Part shown: in pieces, positions 27,751 to 36,569 of the stretch | Layout: each line of letters opens with the position of its first letter | How positions within the stretch are numbered: the stretch's first letter is position 1 | Made by a program: the position numbers and the translations under genes | Notes under the pieces: generated by a model | The model's database searches: none | Told to the model about the DNA's origin: nothing | What the model saw: the letters and a program-made list of their open reading frames with translations, nothing else | NCBI GenBank assembly: GCA_036351155.1 | Contig: JAZBOO010000005.1 | Span: 1 to 42,289, forward strand | Length of the DNA stretch: 42,289 nt | DNA from: Candidatus Krumholzibacteriia bacterium | Lineage (GTDB): Bacteria > Krumholzibacteriota > Krumholzibacteriia > LZORAL124-64-63 | Direction: 5' to 3'

Positions 27751-28740
27751 ATGAAACCACGGAAACTCAGTCAGGCTGCCGCCGGCATGCTCCTCCTGGT
27801 GGGGACCCTGTGTCTGACGGCCTTGCCGACCGGGGCGCTGGGCCAGACGCCAGACGACTTCGTGGGCACCGAGACCTGTCTCGAATGCCATGATGACCTG
27901 GCGGAAAGCCACGCCCGTTCCCTGCACGGCCGCCTGCAGGATTATCAGTACCCCGGTCTGGCCGAGGGCTGTGAGTCCTGCCATGGCTCCGGAGCCAAGC
28001 ACGTGGCATCCGAAGATCCCGCCGACATCCTGCACCTGTCAGCCGAAGCCGGGCTGGATGGCGTGGCGAGCTGCCTGGGCTGCCACAAGACCGGGCACAC
28101 GCTCAACTGGGAAACCAGTACTCACGCCCAGTCCGACGTGGGCTGCCTGAGCTGCCACGATATTCACGGCAACGGCAACCCGGCCCTGCTGGCCTCTGCC
28201 GATCAGCAGGACCTGTGCTTCACCTGCCACCTGGAAGCCAAAGCACAATTCCACCTTCCCAGCCATCACCCGCTGAAGGAAGGTTTCCTGACCTGCAGCA
28301 GCTGCCACGATGTGCACAGCGGGGAATTTTCCGGGGTAGCCGGGCTGGAAACCGAGCGCGATGCCTGCCTGAGCTGCCACACCCAGCACGCCGGGCCCTT
28401 CATTTTCGAGCATTCTCCCGTGGAAGAGGATTGTGGGATTTGCCACTCCCCCCATGGGACGGTGGCCAACAACCTGCTCCATCAGAACGAACCGTTCCTG
28501 TGTCTGCAGTGTCACCAGCCCCACTTTCACAGCATTCTGGCGGGATTCGAGGGCGACTATGAAACGCCACCCGGTGTGATCGGGACCGACCCCAGCTACG
28601 AAGGTCTGTCGGGCACCTCGCATTACGACAGCATGAAACGTGTCATGCTGACCAAGTGCACCCAATGTCACCAGTCCGTGCACGGCACGGATTTGCCGTC
28701 CCAGTCCATTCCCGGACAGGGCAGGGCACTCAACCGCTAA
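27751..28740 (+). CDS. Periplasmic decaheme c-type cytochrome, MtrA/DmsE family
   Basis: Signal peptide; 10 CxxCH; family hallmarks FVG.ETCLECH, CESCHGSG, PSHHP..EG..TC.SCH, GPFIFEH.PV.E.C..CH.PHG and LC.QCH. Confidence 0.93.
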   Translation: MKPRKLSQAAAGMLLLVGTLCLTALPTGALGQTPDDFVGTETCLECHDDLAESHARSLHGRLQDYQYPGLAEGCESCHGSGAKHVASEDPADILHLSAEAGLDGVASCLGCHKTGHTLNWETSTHAQSDVGCLSCHDIHGNGNPALLASADQQDLCFTCHLEAKAQFHLPSHHPLKEGFLTCSSCHDVHSGEFSGVAGLETERDACLSCHTQHAGPFIFEHSPVEEDCGICHSPHGTVANNLLHQNEPFLCLQCHQPHFHSILAGFEGDYETPPGVIGTDPSYEGLSGTSHYDSMKRVMLTKCTQCHQSVHGTDLPSQSIPGQGRALNR

Positions 28741-28745
28741 CTGCG

Positions 28746-28776
28746 GCAGCCGCGTGGTCGCACGACCACTGGCTGC
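28746..28776 (+). other. Intercistronic stem-loop between the decaheme and porin genes
   Basis: GCAGCC-GC-GTGGTCG-CA-CGACCAC-T-GGCTGC; no U-tract. Confidence 0.55.
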
Positions 28777-28795
28777 ACGAACAGACGAGGTTACA

Positions 28796-31069
28796 ATGCG
28801 AAAGCAAAACCTGATCATCTGCGCGGCGGTTCTGCTCTGTTGCTGGAGCAGCGCCTCTCTTGCCGATGAGGGGGAAGCGTTCGTCGGGGGAACCGGGTCC
28901 GTGGGTGCTCACAGCACCAACTACACGGGTGAACCGGCGCGGGTTGGCGAGTACGTCAACCTCGACGACACCAAGAGTGTCATGGCCGATCTCTACCTGG
29001 ACATGTTCGGCGGCACCAACACCACCCTGTACTCGGTGGGCTTCTTCTTCAACGACACGGCCACCAACGCCTTCAAGTTTGGACTGGACACCGGCAATTA
29101 CGTGTCCGTCGATGTGGGCTATGACTCGTTCATCCACAACCTGGATCACGACCGGCTGAACAACCTCCAGGCCAAGGAAGCCAATCCCGATGGGATGGGC
29201 GGCTACGTGCCCGGTGGCAAGCAGGTGTACCACACGGACAACGACCCCATGGGCCGTTACTTCCTGGAATACAAGAAATTCCACGGAGACGTGAAGATCG
29301 ACTTGCCGATGATCGAGGGCGGCCAGATCGCCATCGGTTACACGGAAAAAAAGCGGCATGGTTACAAGCAGACCCTGACCATTGATCACTGTGCCTTCTG
29401 TCATGTCGAGGGCAATACGCAGCGCATCGAGCAGAGGACCGAGACCTGGACCGCCGGCGTGGACGGGACCGTGGGCAAGGTGTCCTTCGATTACGGCTTC
29501 CTGCGTTCGCTGTTCCGTGAAGGTGCGGACCAGAACCAGCATGACTGGAAGAATGCCAATCACCCGGTCAACGGGGGTTCCAGCGGCGAGTTCGGACCGC
29601 GGATGATTTTCGAAGATGTGACCCTCCCCTACGGGCGGAGTGCAAACACCGAGAAGACCAGCCACAGTGCGGGCCTGAAGCTGGATCTGGCCGAAAAGGG
29701 CACGCTGAACACCAGCTATGCCTACCGCCAGAACCGCAACTATCACACCGGTCTGGAAAACAACTACAACGCCGGAGCCCTGGGCTACGCCGTCAAGTTG
29801 AACAATGACCTGAGATTCACAGCCAAGTTCCTGGCCTACGAAACCAAGGTGGACGACCACTTCGTGGACCTGCCGAGTTTCCGCTACCAGGATGCGGTCA
29901 GCGGCAACCTCGATTTCGACTGGAACCGGATCTCCTCGGCCAATCGAAAGGTCTACCAGTTCGATGCCAACCTGGGCTACAAGGTGGCCAAGAGCCGTTT
30001 CCTGAAGCTGAACTGGCGTACCCAGATCATCGACAGGCCGGCCATGGCCCAGACCCAGACCAACTATCTGTTCGACGGGGTGAACCCCGGCGAGGCAGGA
30101 GCCACACTGGTGCCCAGCGAGGCCTACGAGAACAAGACCACCATCAACCGCCTGAAACTGCGCTACGATGCGCGGATGGGCATGAAGGGTCGGTATAACC
30201 TGACCTACGCCTTCACCAGCGTGGACAAACCTTTCATGAATCCCACCGCCATGTGCGAGGAGGGAATCGCCGGGATCAACACGGCGCATCCCGGCACCAT
30301 CGAGCGGATTTACTACTTCCAGCGCCAGCGTTACGGCATGGGCACCAACCAGCCCAACCAGGCCCACAAGCTGACCCTCAAGGGGAGCTATCAGCTGTCG
30401 GCCCGGACGTCGATGAACGCCTTCTTGACCTACGCCAAGGACAAGAACGACGAGCTGAACATCTACGAGTACGAGCGCGACCTGTTCACGCCCGGCCTCA
30501 ACTTCTGGACCGCACCGAGCGATCGGTTGCTGTTCACCCTGGGCTGGACCTACAACAAGGTGACGTCAAACGCCAACCTGTGTCCGCCCTTTTTCGATGG
30601 CTGAGCGGGTCATATCGAAGGCTCCGGTGCGGATGCCGAACATTATGACTCGACCAGCGCTGTCAGCGAAAACACCACCGAAGCGCACGTGTTCTTCCTG
30701 AGCGCGAACCTCACGGCCTCGGAAAAAGTCTCCTTCTTCGTCGAAGGTGTCTACTCCCAGGCCAAGAGCAGCTTCGATCCCTTCGACCTGCCCCTGCCCG
30801 AGGATATTCCCGACGATGTGAACATCAGTCCCGATTACCCCGGCGGCTCTTCCAAGGGCGCGTATGATTTCTCCGTGATCAGCGACTACAGCGATCTGGA
30901 CTATACGCAGCTGGAAGGCACCCTGGGCATGAACTACAAGCTGGACCAGACCGCCTCCGTGTATGCCTCGATCAACCTGATGGACCTCCAGGACGATCAG
31001 GAATACGTGTACGGCGATTTGACCGGTTCGATCATCACCTACGCCGCCGGCATGACCATGGGATTCTGA
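28796..31069 (+). CDS. MtrB/PioB-like outer-membrane beta-barrel with one CxxCH and a probable selenocysteine (TGA 30602-30604, residue 603); 757 aa
   Basis: Signal peptide, alternating aromatic beta-strand pattern and CAFCH at 29390-29404. ORFs 28754-30604 and 30689-31069 are in the same frame with no other stop between them. The merged protein ends in a BAM-type terminal Phe (GMTMGF). SECIS-like hairpin follows the TGA. Confidence 0.85.
30606..30652 (+). promoter_or_regulatory. Bacterial SECIS-like element of the porin gene
   Basis: Lower stem CGGGTCATA/TATGACTCG (9 bp, one G-U); upper stem GGCTCCG[GTG]CGGA-T-GCC; loop G is the 23rd nt after the TGA. Confidence 0.75.
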
Positions 31070-31096
31070 TCCCGTCGGCAGTACGAGGTCGAATAT

Positions 31097-31125
31097 GGGG
31101 AGGGCTTGACGGCCCTCCCCTTTTT
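31097..31125 (+). terminator. Intrinsic terminator of the decaheme-porin operon
   Basis: GGGGAGGGC-TTGACG-GCCCTCCCC-TTTTT, located after 31069 rather than after 30604. Confidence 0.88.
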
Positions 31126-31661
31126 CAGAGGGAGCGGAAAAAGAGGGAGCGCAGGGGCACCCGGCGCAGTTCGAATTGCCCGCTGGCCTCGGCCTGCAGG
31201 CTGGCCAGGCGGCCCTCCCAGGGGCCGATGGTCCAGCAATCTGCGGCGGGAAGGCCGGCCAGATTTTCGCCCAGGGAGTGCAATGCTTCGACATTGAGGG
31301 GACAGATGTCGCGGTCGGATACGTGGCCCTCCTGGTCGGTGAACCAGAGCAGGGGCAGCCCCTGGGTGCGGCAGACGTAGGGACGCCACCGGTAGATGCG
31401 GCAGGCGCCCTGGTCATCCAGAAAGGCGCATCGACCGGCGGGCGCAGGGTCGGCCTCGGCCAGCAGGTTCCCACAATGTTCACGGATCAGGGCGGCCTCG
31501 ATCTCCAGGACGGTCAAATCGTCCTGGCAACAGTCGTGGCAGCCGCGGCGGCAGACCAGCCGCGGGCCCAGACGGTCGGCGAGCTCGGCCGCCTGTCCAT
31601 CCACCTGACGGTGAAGGTCCTCCAGACGGTGCAGGTCTGCGGCTGCGAAATCGCCAGCCAC
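31125..31661 (-). CDS. YkgJ-family Cys-cluster (zinc/iron-chelating) protein
   Basis: CRRGCHDCC, CAFLD..GACRIY..RPYVCR and CPLN. Confidence 0.88.
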   Translation of the reverse strand: MAGDFAAADLHRLEDLHRQVDGQAAELADRLGPRLVCRRGCHDCCQDDLTVLEIEAALIREHCGNLLAEADPAPAGRCAFLDDQGACRIYRWRPYVCRTQGLPLLWFTDQEGHVSDRDICPLNVEALHSLGENLAGLPAADCWTIGPWEGRLASLQAEASGQFELRRVPLRSLFFRSL

Positions 31662-31663
31662 GA

Positions 31664-32872
31664 TCAGCGGGTGAAGGTGCGGCCGGCCACCTCGAGGGTA
31701 TCGCCTGCTTCAGGGTCCAGCAGCCACTTGATCCGCCGGACACCCTCGACGATATCCTCCATGGCTCCGCAATAACTGAGCCGCAGATATCCATCCATGC
31801 CGAATTCCACGCCCGGCACGGTGACCACCTGGATCTTCTCCAGCAGGCGCGCCGAGAGCCGGGTGGAATCGGAGTCGAAGGCGCTGAAATCGCAGAAGCA
31901 GTAGAAGGTTCCTTCGGGCACCAGCACGTCCAGGCCGGGGATTTCCCGCAGCAGGCGCACCATCTCGTCACGGCTGGTTTCCAGGGTGCTGCGCAGCTCG
32001 GCCACCGACCCCTGCTTGCCCAGGATGGCCGCCGCAGCCGCCGACTGGGACAGGCTGCAGGGCCCGCCGGTCTGGTGGGACTGGATGTTGGACATGGCCT
32101 TGATGAGATCCTGGGGGCCCACCGCCCAGCCAATACGGAAACCGGTCATGGCATACTGCTTGGACACGCCGTTGAGGACCACGATCGGGGCGTCGTCCAC
32201 CGCCAGATCTGTGCAATCGTAGCAGTGCACGGGCTTCCGGTTGTCGAAAACCAGACGGTGATAGATGTCATCCATCAGGACATGAATGCCGCGTTTTTCG
32301 CACAGGTCAATGATCCCGGTGACAAATTCACGAGTGTATACCGCACCGCTGGGATTGTTGGGGCTGTTCAGCATGATGACCCGCGTGCGGTCCGTCACGG
32401 CAGCCTCGATTTCCGCGAGGGTGGGCTGAAAGGAACCGTCGTCGGCCTTGACCGCCACGGGAACGCCGCCGGCCAGTCGAGCCATTTCGGGGTAACTGAC
32501 CCAGTAGGGCACCGGGAACAGGACCTCGTCCCCGGGATCTACCAGCGCCACAAGGGCCACCATGATGGCCTGCTTGGCCCCCGCGGAAGCCATGACGTTG
32601 GCCCGGGTGACCTCCCTGCCGTAGAAACGCCGGGTATAGTCGATGATGGCGTCCTTGAGCGCGGGCGTCCCTGAGGCGGGGGTGTAGCGGATTTCCCCGG
32701 TTTCCAGCATGGCCGTCCCCGCCTCGAGAGCAGAGAGCGGGGCCTTGCTTTTGGGCTCGCCGCCTCCGAGGTGGATCACCGGATCCCCTTCGGAGCGCAT
32801 GACCGCGGCACGGGCATTGAGTTTCAGAGTGACAGAGGCGCCGATGGAGCGGGCTATCCTGCTGAAAGACAT
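31664..32872 (-). CDS. PLP-dependent class I/II (aspartate-type) aminotransferase
   Basis: GEP, YTPASG, GAKQA, PYWVSY, NSPNNPSG, DDIY and SKQYAMTGFRIG (PLP Lys). Confidence 0.93.
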   Translation of the reverse strand: MSFSRIARSIGASVTLKLNARAAVMRSEGDPVIHLGGGEPKSKAPLSALEAGTAMLETGEIRYTPASGTPALKDAIIDYTRRFYGREVTRANVMASAGAKQAIMVALVALVDPGDEVLFPVPYWVSYPEMARLAGGVPVAVKADDGSFQPTLAEIEAAVTDRTRVIMLNSPNNPSGAVYTREFVTGIIDLCEKRGIHVLMDDIYHRLVFDNRKPVHCYDCTDLAVDDAPIVVLNGVSKQYAMTGFRIGWAVGPQDLIKAMSNIQSHQTGGPCSLSQSAAAAAILGKQGSVAELRSTLETSRDEMVRLLREIPGLDVLVPEGTFYCFCDFSAFDSDSTRLSARLLEKIQVVTVPGVEFGMDGYLRLSYCGAMEDIVEGVRRIKWLLDPEAGDTLEVAGRTFTR

Positions 32873-32980
32873 GGCTCATCCTTCGGATCGGTTTGGGGTT
32901 CTGCCAAAGCCCAAATCTATACTCCGGGGCAGGCGGATGCCATGGGAATTTGTGGAGAAAATGTCAGAATTCTTCGCAGA

Positions 32981-34480
32981 TCAGCGCGGCAATTCCGGCA
33001 AGTTGCGCTCCAGAGGGAGCCTTTCGACCGAAGGGTTCACCATCGCCCCGAGCAATGTGGCCGGAACCGTGGCCGCCGGAGAGGTGATCGCGACTTCGGT
33101 GGACGCCCCGGCCTGAATCTGATCCTGGCTCGCCACCATGATACCCGTTTCCAGGTCGCACAGGCCGGGCAGAACGTCCACAGCCACCTGATAACGGCAC
33201 GCGGGGTTCCACAGGCTCCAGCCCGCACCCCCGGCCTGGCGTGAGGAAAGCACCTGGGTGCTGATGTACTGTCCATCGTAGTTCGAAACCCGGTACGGGA
33301 AAGCCTGCAGCCAGGGACGGATCTCCGCCTGGCCGGCGGCCATTTCCACGAAACGGCGCGTGCCTTCGCCGATGAAGTACTCGGGATCGTCCCCGGGCCG
33401 ACGCCGGCCCTCGAAGCCCGCGCCGAAGTGGCTGGGGTAGATCATGGGGCAGATCACGTCCACCAGCTCGGCGAAAGTGGGCACGTGCTGTCCGGTCAGA
33501 GCCAGGTCTTCCATGCGTCCCCAGGCCATGATGCCGTACAGGTCGGCGGAAATGCGGACCTCATGATCGTCCAGCTCGGCCCGAGCCTCCCGCAGGAAAG
33601 AAGCGATGACGCCGCGCCGCATGGCGGCCACCTGTTCCAGGTCGGGCTCTTCCTGGGCGTTCCAGTCTTCCCGCCAGCCGTTGGTGGGAAAGCGCACGTA
33701 GTCGAACTGGATCTCGTCGACCCCGGCCGCGGCCAGTTCCTTGGCCAGGGCCAGATTGAATTGACGAACCTCGGGAGCGGCCGCATTCATCCATACGCAG
33801 CCACGCTCGGTCCAGGGGGCTCCCTGGGCGTCCTGCAGGGCAAGATCGGGGCGCTGTCGGCCCAGTTCTCCATCCAGGAACAGCGCCAGCCTGGCGATCA
33901 CGTACAGGCCGCGATCATCGAAGCGCTTCATCATCTCGGACACCGAGGAAATCACCGGAACCGATCGCCCCTTGCCCCAGGTGGCCAGCGGATGTTCGCT
34001 GAGGTACGAAATGCCCCCATCGATGTCCTTGGCGTCGAAGACCACGGCATTGCCCCCGGCAGCAATGAAGCTGTCCACCCGGCGCCAGAGCGAGGAGACT
34101 CCGCAGGCCGGTCCGGTCAGGTAAATGGCCCTCACCTCGTGGCCATCGGCCACGGTCTGGATCACCTTCGGGGCCTCTTCGGCCGGGAGCACTGGAATCA
34201 CCAGTTTTTGACCGATCTGAAGCAAGTTCGACGAGAGCTCGTTGGCCCCGCGGATGTCGTTCATCAATTCGCTGAGGCTGTAATGATTGGTCTCGGCCCG
34301 GTATCGGCTGCAAATCTTGATGAGGGTATCGCCGGGCTTCACGCTGTGCACGATGTCTTCCTGGGCCTGGACGGAGAAAGGACCGGCCAGCACTGCGGCC
34401 AGCACGAGGGCGCAAAAGGGCAGGCTGTACCCGGTGCGTTCCTTCTGTCCCCTGGTTGCCCATGCAAATTGCACGTCCAC
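32981..34480 (-). CDS. Secreted LysM-domain putative glycoside hydrolase (DUF4015-like TIM barrel)
   Basis: HSVKPGDTL...N.L..N.LQIGQKLVIP (LysM); RAIYLT, NAVVFDAKD, DEIQFDYVRFP, PMIYPSHF and RPWLQAF. Confidence 0.82.
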   Translation of the reverse strand: MDVQFAWATRGQKERTGYSLPFCALVLAAVLAGPFSVQAQEDIVHSVKPGDTLIKICSRYRAETNHYSLSELMNDIRGANELSSNLLQIGQKLVIPVLPAEEAPKVIQTVADGHEVRAIYLTGPACGVSSLWRRVDSFIAAGGNAVVFDAKDIDGGISYLSEHPLATWGKGRSVPVISSVSEMMKRFDDRGLYVIARLALFLDGELGRQRPDLALQDAQGAPWTERGCVWMNAAAPEVRQFNLALAKELAAAGVDEIQFDYVRFPTNGWREDWNAQEEPDLEQVAAMRRGVIASFLREARAELDDHEVRISADLYGIMAWGRMEDLALTGQHVPTFAELVDVICPMIYPSHFGAGFEGRRRPGDDPEYFIGEGTRRFVEMAAGQAEIRPWLQAFPYRVSNYDGQYISTQVLSSRQAGGAGWSLWNPACRYQVAVDVLPGLCDLETGIMVASQDQIQAGASTEVAITSPAATVPATLLGAMVNPSVERLPLERNLPELPR

Positions 34481-34675
34481 ATCCTTAATTTCTTGCGTAA
34501 CTCACGGTTTTCCTGGCGATTTCTCGTCTGCTCCAGGATCATGCAAAGCGAAGGCCCAACCACTGGCGCTCTGTCAGGATGAAATAGTGGGAATAAAAAG
34601 GATGGTTGCCGGGTAAACTCAGCACGTCCGATCCGCTATCCCCCGGTTGATCGACCTTCACAGTGAGGAAACAAC

Positions 34676-35725
34676 GTGTCCCCTGTTCCCCAAATTTCCG
34701 TGACTTCCCCCCTGGGTCAGGCCTGGCTCAGGATGAAGCTTTTCCTGTTTCAGCCGTTCGATCTGGGCAAGTGGTTCGTGGTGGGTTTCGCGGCATTCCT
34801 GGCCGGACTGGGATCCAGCGGCAACAGCTCGCTGGAAGCCGTCTGGAATATCGATGAGGACTGGGGCTGGGATCGCCACGAAATCAGCGCCTGGCCCGAG
34901 AGCATGGCAGGTTTTCTGGAAGAGGTATTCAGCAGCCTCTGGATGGTCGGGCTGGCCAGCTTCCTGTTCGCCCTGGCCCTGGTGGTGGCGGTCCTGGTCA
35001 TCTGGCTGTCCAGCCGCGCCCGGTTCGTGCTGCTGGACAATCTGATCACGGGGCAGCAGGGCATCACCGCCCCCTGGCGCAGGCACGCCCGGCTGGGCGA
35101 CAGCTTGTTCCGGTGGCAGCTGGTCTTCACCGTGGTGTGCCTGCTGGTCTTCGGCACCTTCACGGCCATGATCTTCCTGGTTTTTGTACCCATGGGACTG
35201 CTGGGGATCGAGGGATTCCTCGCCCTGCCGGCCGTGATTCTGCTGGGAGCCCTGGGCTTTGCCCTGGCCATGACGGTGGTGTTCGTGGAATTCTTCCTGC
35301 ACCACTTCGTGGCGCCCATCATGTACAAGCACCAGCTGTCCACCAATGCCGCCTGGGCCCGGTTCAAGACCCTGTTCAGCATGTATCCCGGCTGGTTTAT
35401 CCTGTATGGAATCCTGTATCTGATCGTTGCGGTGGTGGGCAGCATGGCCCTCATGCTCGGAGGATTGTTGACCTGTTGCCTGGGCCTGCTGCTCCTGATG
35501 CTCCCCTACATCGGGTCGGTCGTCAGCCTGCCCTTGACCGTGCTCCAGCGCTACTGGGACCTGGAGTTCCTGTCCCAGTTCGGCCCCGACTACGAGCTCC
35601 TGGGACCGGTGCCGTCCGGTTCCGGCCCCGGCTCAATCTACGACGATGCTGATCGGACAGTGGTCGGACCCGAAGACGTCGCTGAGGATGTCGGCGGAGA
35701 CCAGCCGGGACCCCAGGGTGCCTGA
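34676..35725 (+). CDS. Hypothetical polytopic membrane protein
   Basis: GTG start behind GAGG; several TM segments; LFQPFDLGKWFVVGFAAFLA and LTCC. Confidence 0.78.
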   Translation: MSPVPQISVTSPLGQAWLRMKLFLFQPFDLGKWFVVGFAAFLAGLGSSGNSSLEAVWNIDEDWGWDRHEISAWPESMAGFLEEVFSSLWMVGLASFLFALALVVAVLVIWLSSRARFVLLDNLITGQQGITAPWRRHARLGDSLFRWQLVFTVVCLLVFGTFTAMIFLVFVPMGLLGIEGFLALPAVILLGALGFALAMTVVFVEFFLHHFVAPIMYKHQLSTNAAWARFKTLFSMYPGWFILYGILYLIVAVVGSMALMLGGLLTCCLGLLLLMLPYIGSVVSLPLTVLQRYWDLEFLSQFGPDYELLGPVPSGSGPGSIYDDADRTVVGPEDVAEDVGGDQPGPQGA

Positions 35726-36385
35726 GACCAGGAAGTAGTCGATGCGCCAGCCGATGTTCCGCTCCCTGACCCCCTTGCGGTTGCTCCACCAGGTGTAGTG
35801 ACCGCCTTCGGGGGTGAAGGAGCGGAAGGTGTCGATGAAACCCGCGGCCAGGATGCGGTCAAAACCCGCCCGCTCCTCATCGGTGAAACCCGCGTTGCCC
35901 CGGTTGGGCTTGGGGTTGGCCAGGTCGATTTCCTGGTGGGAAACGTTCAGATCGCCGCAGAAGATCACCGGCTTCTTCTTTTCCAGCTTGCGCACGAACT
36001 TGAGAAACTCGGGATCCCACTGGTCCTTCCGGTAGTCCAGTCGTGTCAATTCGCGCTGAACGTTGGGGGTGTAAACCGTGACCACGAAAAAATCCGGGTA
36101 CTCGGCAGTCAGGACGCGCCCCTCGGTGTCCAGTTCGGCCTGGCCCAGGCCCGGAAAAACGGCCTGCGGAGTCTGGCGCACCAGCATGGCGGTCCCCGAG
36201 TAGCCGCGCTTCAGGGCGGGGTTCCAGAACATGGAATAGCCAGGGAGATCCAGCTCCACCTGTTCGGGCAGTGCCCGCACTTCCTGCAGGCAGATGATGT
36301 CGGCATCGCTGCCGGCGACAAATTCAGCAAATCCCTTGCTCAGACAGGCGCGCAGGCCGTTGACGTTCCAGGAAACCAGTTTCAC
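35633..36385 (-). CDS. xth: Exodeoxyribonuclease III (AP endonuclease)
   Basis: SWNVNGLRA, CLQE, GYSG, EGR, CGDLNV, YTWWS, GWRIDY and GSDHCP; GTG start. Confidence 0.95.
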   Translation of the reverse strand: MKLVSWNVNGLRACLSKGFAEFVAGSDADIICLQEVRALPEQVELDLPGYSMFWNPALKRGYSGTAMLVRQTPQAVFPGLGQAELDTEGRVLTAEYPDFFVVTVYTPNVQRELTRLDYRKDQWDPEFLKFVRKLEKKKPVIFCGDLNVSHQEIDLANPKPNRGNAGFTDEERAGFDRILAAGFIDTFRSFTPEGGHYTWWSNRKGVRERNIGWRIDYFLVSGTLGSRLVSADILSDVFGSDHCPISIVVD

Positions 36386-36484
36386 GAAGCACCCTTTCCC
36401 ACTCGAATGGACAAAATAAACCGGACGGTGTTTCCGCCCGGATCGCAGTGCATCATACAACAGGTTTCCCGACCTGGCACCGGC

Positions 36485-36553
36485 AAAATAATGACTGCCG
36501 GCGTCGTTCCCTGTACGCACGCCGGCAGTCGGACCGGAATCCCGTGATTCCGG
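36485..36553 (-). terminator. Tandem hairpins / terminator after the large secreted protein gene
   Basis: CCGGAATC/GATTCCGG, then perfect 12-bp GACTGCCGGCGT/ACGCCGGCAGTC followed by ATTATTTT on the minus strand. Confidence 0.7.
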
Positions 36554-36569
36554 AGGGCGAGAGGCTCGC

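Noticed and set aside
30689..31069. Separate 126-aa gene, or a pseudogene call for the porin
   Set aside because: No signal peptide or clear RBS, in frame with the upstream ORF, supplies the barrel's terminal strands, and the single TGA is followed by a SECIS-like hairpin. Read-through is the simpler explanation.
20980..31069. Genome-wide UGA reassignment (Trp/Gly) as the explanation for the in-frame TGAs
   Set aside because: TGA is the normal stop for many genes here (e.g. 3628, 16902, 18264, 20943) and Trp is encoded by TGG, so recoding must be site-specific.
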